64,000 nucleotides of DNA from Giardia intestinalis. Lineage: Eukaryota. Made by a program: the position numbers and the translations under genes. This document shows, in pieces, positions 10,975-19,359 of this stretch (position 1 is its first letter; each line of letters starts with the position of its first letter). The notes below the pieces were generated by a model. It did not search any database. It was not told the origin of the DNA and was given only the letters and a program-made list of their open reading frames with translations. The DNA is taken from NCBI GenBank assembly GCA_000002435.2, contig CM018791.1. One strand, written 5' to 3'.

Positions 10975-11382
10975 CGCTGACCCAGAACCACAGCTGCCCG
11001 GACACCGAGGGGCCCAGCCAGTGGAGAGCCCGATGGCAGCCCCTGGCAGACGGGGCATCTAAAAAAGGATGGTGACCGGAGCTTCACCCACCACGAAGAA
11101 AGACTAAGGAGAGGCGCCACCGGTAGAGCAGAGAGTCTGCAAGAAGGCCTGAACCCCTAAAGGACCGACGTGCATACTCAGACTGAGCACACCTCTGCGG
11201 AACAACTGAGGGACGCAAAAGACTCCTGGTATACAAGTGAAGGGAGATCCCTATTATATCATCCACAGCCAACCCTCGTCTCTGAACTGGCCAGGAAGGA
11301 GCGATGATTACCCGCACGATCTCTGGACCAGGTCCTCAAGTGAGCCCAGCAGCACATTTATATGAGCCATATACAGTGACGC

Positions 11383-11397
11383 GTTTACTACCTAAGT
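11383..11397 (-). terminator. Mirror copy of VSP extended polyadenylation signal for the short VSP paralog
   Basis: gtttactacctaagt on + strand is the reverse complement of ACTTAGGTAGTAAAC; it lies just 3' of the 11402..11788 CDS. Confidence 0.8.
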
Positions 11398-11401
11398 ACA
11401 T

Positions 11402-11788
11402 CTACGCTTTCCCCCTACATATGAACCACCAGCAAAGGAAGCCGACGAGCCCTCCTACAACGATGACAGCAGCCACAGCGATGCCTGCTATGGCGCCGGT
11501 AGAAAGACCGCTACTCTTATTAGTATTAGAAGGCTCGCACTGGCCCTGGGCGTTCGGCCTGTATCCTCCGTTGCACTCGCACACGCTCTCCTTAGGGGTG
11601 GAGTTCGCCGGGCAGCCGACTCCGCATTTCTTTCCGCCAGGCTGCACCTTGTTCTCTTGGGGATTACACGTAAGGCACGTCTGTCCGTCGTTCTCTCCTG
11701 TGCATGTCGCACACCCGGCGCCGATCAGCGCGGGCGCACACACCGCGGCTTGTACAGCTATACAACTTGCGAGAAGTACTAGTAACAT
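11402..11788 (-). CDS. Short VSP paralog (128 aa): same signal peptide, a single Cys-rich module, TM helix and CRGKA tail
   Basis: Protein MLLVLLASCIAVQA + one 75-aa module + ...PSNTNKSSGLSTGAIAGIAVAAVIVVGGLVGFLCWWFICRGKA*. Its N-terminus and the C-terminal 44 aa match the long copy exactly. Same promoter-proximal sequence and poly(A) signal. Confidence 0.75.
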   Translation of the reverse strand: MLLVLLASCIAVQAAVCAPALIGAGCATCTGENDGQTCLTCNPQENKVQPGGKKCGVGCPANSTPKESVCECNGGYRPNAQGQCEPSNTNKSSGLSTGAIAGIAVAAVIVVGGLVGFLCWWFICRGKA

Positions 11789-14190
11789 TGGAGTTAGGAT
11801 CTGTAATTAATTGGTACTTTCTTCACTCAGATGTATAGATTGGTCCATGAATGAGAAGAGCTTAAATTGGCAGCGTCTTTCTGTAACTTAGTTAATTAAA
11901 GAAGCTTAGAATCGGGGGCGTATTGCTACTGGGAAGCGACCAATATCATAGATTTATCTCTTGATTTAAATAAGAGTAAGGCTAGTTAATACAAAGTTAG
12001 ACTCAAACATTACACATAGTACGAGGAGCTCATAGTATGCCTGTGGTCATATCTTTTCTGCCCCTCCTACTGACGTTATTGGCTTCCTCTGCTGGAAAAG
12101 GCGTAGACTCACGCTTAGCTGTAAACGCGTCTCCTACTACTCCATCGCGGGCATGTTGTCTGCTCCATGCGAGTCGCGCACCAATATCTGAACAGACAAT
12201 GGACATCTGAATCTGCAATGCTCCGGCTCATATAAGGGTGCCTCGCTTGTCGCCGGCTTCTCCTAGTGGCTACCCACCTAATCGCTCTCGACCTTCTCTA
12301 CATAATCAGCCACATCGTTGTACTTCTTTGCACCTTAATACGATCCTCATCAGTCCAGACAATCCAGAACATCCTACTCGCAGAGAGGAATATACCGTCA
12401 AAGCATAGTTTCTATGAGGCGCTATCGAGATAGTTTGTATAGCTGCCTCATTATAGTTAAGGAGAGCACAGCCTACTGACAAGATCAGGCTGGATGCAAG
12501 TAAGGGCTGTGTGTGAGATATGCTGAGAAGGATGTGTGTATGCGATCAACATGCCCTATATTTGGCTGCAGATAGCTACAGGCTACGCTCTTTCGGGGCT
12601 TATTCATTAATGTGTAGATGACTTCTAAAGTCCTTAGTGATGAGATACATCACTCCCAGTAGTGCACACATACTGGATGTCTTCAACAGAGACTGCCATT
12701 AAACTCCTTGAGGCTGGCTGCTTTAAAAGTGACACCCCTGCATTCTTGTTGAGTGCAGCAGTACGCTGATATATCCTGCATGAATATCCATCACAAATAG
12801 ACAACTCTATGAATAAAGCCAAAGAAGATCAGATGATGAAGTCGAGACAGTTGGCAGAAGAAATCAGAGTGCATTAGAAAGCTCATAAGATCGAGAAGCT
12901 AAGCATAATGACTAGATAAGGGCTGTGTGCACAATCTTCGATCGGTATCGCCGAGCAAGATGCTGATGCGTGCTATTGCTTTACGTTTGAGTTGCGACTG
13001 AGGTAGCTCAACAACAAATTAGGGCTGCCACAATTGCTTATCTATCCGCAAATATACCATGGCAATGACAGTGCAGCAGATAGGAATGTTCACAGGGACA
13101 TCATGAGTATTATCGCTAGAAGTCCTATTCCAACAACCTTCTATGGCTTCATGAGCATGCTCACAGCAATTCTTTCGATAGAATGTCGATTATAGAAACG
13201 CAGCCATGGATTGTAAAGTTGCTCTGCAGAAGTGATGTTCCCTCTCTTCACCTTTTACGCAAGGGACTAATGCAAACAGTTTGCCTCCCGGTAGCAACAA
13301 GATGTGCAGCACAGAGTGTATGGCCCCTTGTGTGCATCAGATCAGAGCTTAAGAGTAGAGCCGAACGGCTGTCTGCTTGTCTTGCGACGAAGGCATGGGC
13401 AAAAGCTCTGCCACACTTTATGGAATTAGCCTTAAGGTGAGTGGTGGTTATGTGCCTAGTGCCTTGGAAGCCTGGTACGCACAGTATAGGACAGACTCGA
13501 TCAGGTGTTCAGGATACGTGGAGTAGGGTTGACATTGCAGTGGGCTTGCATCAAAGAGCGTGGCGGGCTGTGTCCCAACCTCAGAAAGAGTAGTGCGGTC
13601 TAAAATAGAGAGAAGTAGGAGGTGCTTTATTGCAAGTACGTCTTAACAAAATAGCAGAGAGGCTCTTCTGCACGCTGTCAAGAGCAGTACAAGCTCTCCG
13701 CTAGCGCAAGACCGTTCCACGCATCAACTCTATTAGCTATGTAAAAGGCCGTCAGAAAAGCGAGACGGCGCCTAGCTGTCTGCGAGTAAAGCCTTCAGGG
13801 TTTAAAGCATGGGAGGGCAAGGCCCGGTCTGGAGAGCGTCCTGCTGGCCAGGCAGGCCGGGCATCGGTCGAGCCAGCAGGTGGGCTCCAAACCCACTGCG
13901 TTGGCTTCAAACTCTCCGCACAGGGGCACGCCTGAGGGGCCCGCAAGCCCCTGGTGCAGAGGACGGGGCCTGCTGGTGTTGTGGTCACGACAGTGGCTCT
14001 GGTGTACTCCAGGAGCGGCCACCGCAGGGCTGGTCGGGCCGTGTGAGCAGGGTTCTGCGGAGCCCGAGTAGAGTCTGTTCTGTGTGTATGGCCACTCAGA
14101 GGCAGTGGCCTAACGATATTCATCGACCTACTAACTAGTAAACCCGATAAAGAGCCGGTTGGAATACGCAAATACGTGCATAAGAGCAAA

Positions 14191-15228
14191 ATGTTGTGTT
14201 CAGACCAAAATTTGCATGGTCGAGACCTCGCTTCAGTAACATCCCCTCTGAGACTCGTGGGTGAGGGTGGGAGGCGCCTTGTTTTTCGCAGGAACAAGGA
14301 GCTGATCTTAATCTCCAAGGTCTCTGCAGCCTCCGACGAAAGCTTCGAACAGACCATAGGCGGCCTCTTTCCGCTCTTTCCTTGGAAGCCGAGTCGCATA
14401 ACTGAAAGTTTATCTCAAGAACTTAACGCATTTCCTCTGCAAGTCCGTGCAAAAAGATATGCTGGAACGGCATTTCCCAGACCAAGCCCTGGGGAGACAT
14501 GCCTGAGCTACACCGGAGTGCATGATCTGCTTACTGTGGTATGCATTAAGCCACACTTTCCCAGCAAAGGAGGTTGGATCGAAAGTTTTTCATTACAAAG
14601 GAAAACAGATGCCGGACAGCACTTCTGTGATTGCTTGGCTCGTGGTGCATTTTACAAAGCGTGTGCTAGCAAGGATAGACTTGTCCACTGGCTCAACACG
14701 GCGTATATCTGCGGTCTCAACCACGGTAGCAACCACCTAACCGTTTACGACTTTGCATCTGATGCTTCTGCGCTCTCCTCCAGTGAGACCGATAAACTAT
14801 TTGGCGCAGTAGCTTGTGCATTAACAGGAGGAAACAATAGTGTTTGCATTCAAATCTACAAGTTGATACATATGTTAGAGGCTCTTCAGCGCGTCTCTTC
14901 TTCAACGCACTTACAAAATGTGGTATCGGCAAAAGAATATGCACACTTTTCCAGCAATTATAGAACTCTAAGCCATAGAGCTATCGAGATTGCTATACAG
15001 CTCTACGCCGGTGGAAAGCTTCCACCTTATGACAATCTCCCATACGTGGACAAGCTCGTCTGCATCCTTCTTTTTAAAACTCTTTCCGATGCATCGCTGC
15101 TCTTCTACCTCTCTAAATCTGACGAGAAGGTTCAATGGTATCTAACGGACCTTGCATTGAAGTCTGCCGAAAGAGTTGGAAAATGGGCATTCGCATCAGC
15201 AGCAAACGATAAGCACAGGGAGCAGTAG
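14191..15228 (+). CDS. Hypothetical protein (~345 aa from first ATG; ORF-track start at 14176 is GTG)
   Basis: Long ORF with ordinary amino-acid composition; no recognisable motif. May lie inside the off-window extension of the inverted repeat. Confidence 0.4.
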   Translation: MLCSDQNLHGRDLASVTSPLRLVGEGGRRLVFRRNKELILISKVSAASDESFEQTIGGLFPLFPWKPSRITESLSQELNAFPLQVRAKRYAGTAFPRPSPGETCLSYTGVHDLLTVVCIKPHFPSKGGWIESFSLQRKTDAGQHFCDCLARGAFYKACASKDRLVHWLNTAYICGLNHGSNHLTVYDFASDASALSSSETDKLFGAVACALTGGNNSVCIQIYKLIHMLEALQRVSSSTHLQNVVSAKEYAHFSSNYRTLSHRAIEIAIQLYAGGKLPPYDNLPYVDKLVCILLFKTLSDASLLFYLSKSDEKVQWYLTDLALKSAERVGKWAFASAANDKHREQ

Positions 15229-15702
15229 AGCAACCGGAACCGTGTAGGTTTTATTAGGGAACTCCAGACCATACACTTCCGACGTATCGTTTGTGGAAAG
15301 TAAGTATAGGATAGGCCATGTATTCGATATCGTAAAGACCTGGAACGGTCGTAACATAATCCTACTTCTGCGAGCGATTGATGCGACCAAGATTGTGGGT
15401 AAATAATGTGCTATAATATGTTCTGGATTTGCAAATCTATCTGGCCAGTAAAATAGAACCCCGACGGACATGGCAGATGACGAGCCGAGGCACTGTAGGG
15501 AAAGTGTTGTGATGAACCTTCTGATACGGGCTGTCTCTGGTGCTGCAGCGAGTAGGAAGAAGAATAGAGATAACATAACCCAGGTCGATGTGCAAAAGTA
15601 ATTAAGGGCACTGACACCGTTATCGCGGGTAACCTTGATTACCAGAAAGCTATAGAAGAGACTGAGCAACCCAGAGAGAAGGCGGAACAAGAAAAGTGTC
15701 AT
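15196..15702 (-). CDS. Hypothetical small multi-pass membrane protein (168 aa, about four hydrophobic segments)
   Basis: ATG preceded by 'gaaaaagtaaaatag' AT-rich initiator; hydrophobic stretches FLFRLLSGLLSLFYSFLVI, WVMLSLFFFLLAAA, VALLLPVLIVCC. Starts 3 nt after the stop of the upstream gene and overlaps the 3' end of 14191..15228 by 33 nt. Confidence 0.3.
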   Translation of the reverse strand: MTLFLFRLLSGLLSLFYSFLVIKVTRDNGVSALNYFCTSTWVMLSLFFFLLAAAPETARIRRFITTLSLQCLGSSSAMSVGVLFYWPDRFANPEHIIAHYLPTILVASIARRSRIMLRPFQVFTISNTWPILYLLSTNDTSEVYGLEFPNKTYTVPVALLLPVLIVCC

Positions 15703-15707
15703 CTATT

Positions 15708-17057
15708 TTACTTTTTCACCCCCATCCCACTTGTGCTCAGGAAGCGCTGAAGCGCCTCTCGAAGCTCACGATTTTCCCGCTCAAGAAGAACGCTTTCTCT
15801 TTCGAGGGCCAATCGGTCAATACTTACTCTGCTCAACTTCTTATAGATTGAGCGAAGCTCGCCCACGGCCACCATCGCATCCTTTCCCAGAAAATTATCC
15901 CCTACATTTAGGTAAGATGTGGTCACCATCTCGTCGTGTTTGCACTCGTCGTTTATGTGCCTATTCGTCTCATCATCTATTCTATCTACTTCGTTCACCC
16001 GCTCAGCCTCTGTTTCTAGTCGTGTGCACAGTGTCGATACTCTTATGATTTTATTAGCGCTCTCCTTGAGTGATATGATTCGGTCCTCTGCCTCGTGTGC
16101 AGCCAGAACTAGAGCTTTCATCCGTCCTGTCTCAGAGTTGCGATAGGCGGTCAACTTCTTTTTAAGCTCTACAAACTCCAGGTAGGTGGCCTCTTTCTCC
16201 TTTTTGAGAAGGGCATTCTTGGCTCTAAACTCCTCTGTTGTGGTTTGGATCTTGGCTCTCCAGTGCGCAATCGCCTTGGACAATCTCTCAATTTTCTGCT
16301 TCTGCCTCTCGATCGCCAAGGAAGACTGTTGATCCTTCAATAAAAGAACCTTAAACTGGTGTTGCTTGGTGTCCGTGTTTGCGCGATACTTTTCGTGGGC
16401 GTCGAGGAGGTGCCGTTCCAAATCAGCGTTTATTTCTTCAAGATTTAAACGCAGAACATTGCATGTTTCTTGGCTCTGATTCTTTAATTCTGATATCTTG
16501 CTGGAGTATGAGGAGTTCAGTTGCTGAATAAGTTGGTCTTCTTGCTCTTGAGTGGAGCTTTTGATTTCTTGAAGCAGGCGCTCTCGTGCGTCATAGCTTT
16601 TCTTGAGAGCTGCTATTTCTTGGTCAAACTGCGCCTGGAGCCTGGTGATATTATCTTCCAGGGATTCTTCAAATAGAGCACTTCGCTCCTGGAGCAGCGC
16701 AAGGATGCCGTCCATGGTTGAAAGATGTGTCCTGATGCACCGTCGACGTTGTTCTTCCGCAATAGATATGTATCTAGATAAAAGTGTGATAAACGCGTCC
16801 TTCCTATCTACTTGATGGTCAAAGTCTTGAATCAATGACTCTATTTGCTTGATAAGCTCGGTCTTCTTAACCGATCGGAGGCGGTCGCGCCAGATAGACT
16901 GGATTTTGGCCCTATTTACAGCGCATATCCCCGCTTCTGCTTGGACCATATTTGTTATTGCGGTAGCGTACTTTGCATGTATCTCATTTCTTCGCTCATC
17001 CTGAAGCTGTCGCTGGAGCTCTAGCTGGGCTGCAGGGTCCAGTCCTGCATCAAACAT
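15708..17057 (-). CDS. Coiled-coil axonemal protein of the nexin-dynein regulatory complex DRC1/DRC2 (CCDC65, NYD-SP28 domain) family
   Basis: ATG start. The segment KIQSIWRDRLRSVKKTELIKQIESLIQDFDHQVDRKDAFITLLSRYISIAEEQRRRCIRTHLSTMDGILALLQERSALFEESLEDNI aligns residue-by-residue from memory with the conserved N-terminal block of metazoan CCDC65/DRC2 (…W R..LR.VK.EL.K.IE.L.Q.F…D.KD..I..L…AEEQ…HL…D.L.L...R..L.EES…). The rest is heptad-rich coiled coil. Confidence 0.55.
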   Translation of the reverse strand: MFDAGLDPAAQLELQRQLQDERRNEIHAKYATAITNMVQAEAGICAVNRAKIQSIWRDRLRSVKKTELIKQIESLIQDFDHQVDRKDAFITLLSRYISIAEEQRRRCIRTHLSTMDGILALLQERSALFEESLEDNITRLQAQFDQEIAALKKSYDARERLLQEIKSSTQEQEDQLIQQLNSSYSSKISELKNQSQETCNVLRLNLEEINADLERHLLDAHEKYRANTDTKQHQFKVLLLKDQQSSLAIERQKQKIERLSKAIAHWRAKIQTTTEEFRAKNALLKKEKEATYLEFVELKKKLTAYRNSETGRMKALVLAAHEAEDRIISLKESANKIIRVSTLCTRLETEAERVNEVDRIDDETNRHINDECKHDEMVTTSYLNVGDNFLGKDAMVAVGELRSIYKKLSRVSIDRLALERESVLLERENRELREALQRFLSTSGMGVKK

Positions 17058-17228
17058 TTTTTGGGACCGTTTTTTGTTCTCACGACTTTCACTATCCTAT
17101 ACTCTGTTAATAAGACTGATTCGTTGACGAGAAAAGTTGGCTACTCTCTTGCCCTGCTCTCTCCAGAAGATGCAGCAATCTTAGAGGCCGCAGCAAGAGT
17201 CAGCAGTGTCAAGCGTGCAGTTAATGAC

Positions 17229-19337
17229 ATGAAATACGCCGAGATGACGTCGAAGTGGCTCCGTCCATGCTTTACACGGCCTCGTAGATATTCCACTGCT
17301 GCAGAATTCCTCCTTTGTCCCGACCCTTTTCATCCTCTACCTCTGCGCAACAAAGGGCGGCCTCAAAGCGTGCCTTCTATTGCCAGATATCCTTACTTGT
17401 CGCTTCTAGATATCCACAAGACATTAACCCTTAGTATAGCATCTATTCCAGTCGTTAGTAATAGGCCAGCTCCTGTGTATCACATGTCCCAGCCCAATGA
17501 TACACTGCTTCTAGGATCTAATTATCCGGCTGCTATGCAGAGTGGTACGACCAGATGCGACAATGAACCGAGATCCCCCCGAGTCCCACTGCAGCATGAG
17601 AGGATTCTCGCTATGCTTGATAACTGTGATAACCATACCAACCTTCTTGCGCAAGTGGAGAGTCTCCGACGATACTTTCCTTTAACGCTGACAACTATGG
17701 CAGCAGGGACCGTGGAAAGTTTACTTCTCTCTGCAAAGACATCCAGCTATACGGGGACAAGTGCAAGCTCCGGATCGAGCAATCCTTCTGCTAGAATGTC
17801 TCTTTCTGGTATGATGAGATCATCAATTCCTAAGAACCCAGCAGCTCCTCCCATGGACATTTACCAAAATGTTACCGACTCTACCACCTCGTTCAAGGGA
17901 ATGACATCGAGTGAGCACAGCAGCAAACCTGCTGAAGTACCTGTTGGTGAGATCCTGTCCAGTTCTCTTCACAGTTCTGATGTAACTTGCAGTGTCAACA
18001 CAGCTCCTCTTTCACCCTCTCTCGTATGCAATGAAAAGTCGAACTCACACATGCACGCACTTAACGAAAGAGGCGATAAGTGCGTGGGATCACTGTCTGA
18101 GATTTTTGCTAACTGCAGTGGCTCAAAACAGACTTCTCTACTTGTTCCTTTTGTCTTGGGGACTGATAGACTTGGCATTCTTGCAGAATATAAGCAGGAC
18201 TCAAGTACTCGCAAAAAACTTCTGCGCTGGCCAGGTAGAAACGTTTTGTCTCTTCTTTCAGATAAGGTATACATGGGAGACCCCTATCACCTTTTAGTTC
18301 TACCAAACAGTGGTTCTGAGCCTTCTTCTCCGGAACGTCCCTTGTTTCAAGCTGGCATGCCTCCTGAAGCTCACGTATTTCCATGTTATTGGGAAGGAAC
18401 GATAGAGAACCGTACAGCGGCGTATACTGTGGTATCCATTAATGGCTATCACGTAAGGCTTATAACCTTAACCTCTCCCTCCGTTTATGAGAGGTTCGCT
18501 CCAAGCTTCAATCCCGTCCATTCTGTGCAGTTCAACCGCACTGCAAAGTTGATTTCTAATGCGGCACGTTATACATGCATTTGGCGATTAAAAGCTCCAG
18601 AATTTACTTTTAGGTCTGATAAGAATGAGGAGAGGGATTTTATCAAAAGTCATGGGACCGGTGTTGTAGCGCAAGTTGAACAGCAATTGCTCTTGCACGC
18701 ATCTAGAGCGACAAGCATAGCATTCTCAAGATACTCTGCGACTCTAGATGCTTCTACTCAACAATGCGTACACCCGGCTTCTGGTGCTGATACTAGCTAT
18801 TCGGATATTGAGCCTCTGCTTTCGCTACGATCTGCCAACCAATCTCCTTTTATGGAGCAAACTGATGGCACCTCCACCTTCCCTGTAGGTCGCAGTAACC
18901 ACGTTAACGTGTCAAGCTCAGCGCAGTCAGACTTGTCTTCAATTTTGAACCTCGATACATCCAGTCAAGACACCCTATCTTCGGCAGTTACGTTGACAGG
19001 TTCTCAACCTAGATCCTCTAGTACTTCCCATTGTACCATACCTGCTACTCTCGACGAGCTCTTCAGGAAGCCTCTCCGCTCCAAAGAGTGTCTTAGGCAG
19101 AGTGCCTCCAGGCAGCTACTTCAGTATGCATGCTGGAGTTCACCACTAAGCAGAGCAGTCCCCTCTCTTTCACAGCAGCTTGCCGTTTCTAGTTCAAGGC
19201 CTTCAACACTACCGTCTGCTGAGAGCTTATCCGTTCTTGGGTGTAACCGTAGTAGGCCAGACGCACATAAGTACGCCAAACGAAGAGAGCACATGTTCAA
19301 GGTCGCTTATGAAATGGGGCTTAGCCGCAAGGTATGA
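17229..19337 (+). CDS. Ser/Thr-rich hypothetical protein (~702 aa from first in-frame ATG; ORF-track start 17061 is TTG)
   Basis: 2.1-kb ORF with low-complexity S/T/P-rich composition; no recognisable domain. Convergent with the dynein-like gene (22-nt gap). Confidence 0.5.
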   Translation: MKYAEMTSKWLRPCFTRPRRYSTAAEFLLCPDPFHPLPLRNKGRPQSVPSIARYPYLSLLDIHKTLTLSIASIPVVSNRPAPVYHMSQPNDTLLLGSNYPAAMQSGTTRCDNEPRSPRVPLQHERILAMLDNCDNHTNLLAQVESLRRYFPLTLTTMAAGTVESLLLSAKTSSYTGTSASSGSSNPSARMSLSGMMRSSIPKNPAAPPMDIYQNVTDSTTSFKGMTSSEHSSKPAEVPVGEILSSSLHSSDVTCSVNTAPLSPSLVCNEKSNSHMHALNERGDKCVGSLSEIFANCSGSKQTSLLVPFVLGTDRLGILAEYKQDSSTRKKLLRWPGRNVLSLLSDKVYMGDPYHLLVLPNSGSEPSSPERPLFQAGMPPEAHVFPCYWEGTIENRTAAYTVVSINGYHVRLITLTSPSVYERFAPSFNPVHSVQFNRTAKLISNAARYTCIWRLKAPEFTFRSDKNEERDFIKSHGTGVVAQVEQQLLLHASRATSIAFSRYSATLDASTQQCVHPASGADTSYSDIEPLLSLRSANQSPFMEQTDGTSTFPVGRSNHVNVSSSAQSDLSSILNLDTSSQDTLSSAVTLTGSQPRSSSTSHCTIPATLDELFRKPLRSKECLRQSASRQLLQYACWSSPLSRAVPSLSQQLAVSSSRPSTLPSAESLSVLGCNRSRPDAHKYAKRREHMFKVAYEMGLSRKV

Positions 19338-19359
19338 ACTGCCTTTGAACAACACAAGA

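Larger units (their letters stand above)
10975..13933. repeat. Inverted-repeat arm B (short VSP paralog plus identical 5' flank); arm continues past 13933 into sequence whose partner lies left of the window
   Basis: Direct base-by-base comparison of 13861..13933 reverse complement with 1..70. Identical mirrored ORFs listed under arm A. Identity breaks near 9033/10975, with a further patch of similarity (ggtgggtgaggaggggttgctgaggcggtgaggctggtgggaccggggg) and then progressive divergence. Confidence 0.85.

Noticed and set aside
9101-11075. Overlapping ORFs in the palindrome spacer (9101..9427+, 9387..10088-, 9532..9918+, 10049..10495+, 10360..10704-, 10545..11075+, etc.)
   Set aside because: Multi-frame overlap, Pro/Arg/Gly/His-rich translations, and the GC-rich low-stop context point to non-coding DNA rather than genes.
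1-13933. Whole palindrome as a simple foldback assembly artefact
   Set aside because: The arms differ by 27 repeat units, the centre is unique, and arm similarity decays gradually into it. A chimeric foldback read would give a sharp, symmetric junction. Still worth confirming with spanning reads (see findings).
13752-14399. 215-aa ORF on - strand straddling the visible end of arm B
   Set aside because: Arg/Pro/Ser-rich translation in GC-rich DNA. It overlaps the opposite-strand ORFs 13809..14138+ and 13880..14071+. No start context.
17061-17228. ORF-track start codons at 17061, 14176, 55136, 57595, 57606
   Set aside because: These are TTG/GTG (bacterial-style alternative starts used by the ORF caller). 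In a eukaryote, the first in-frame ATG was taken instead (17229, 14191, 55099, 57556, 57636).
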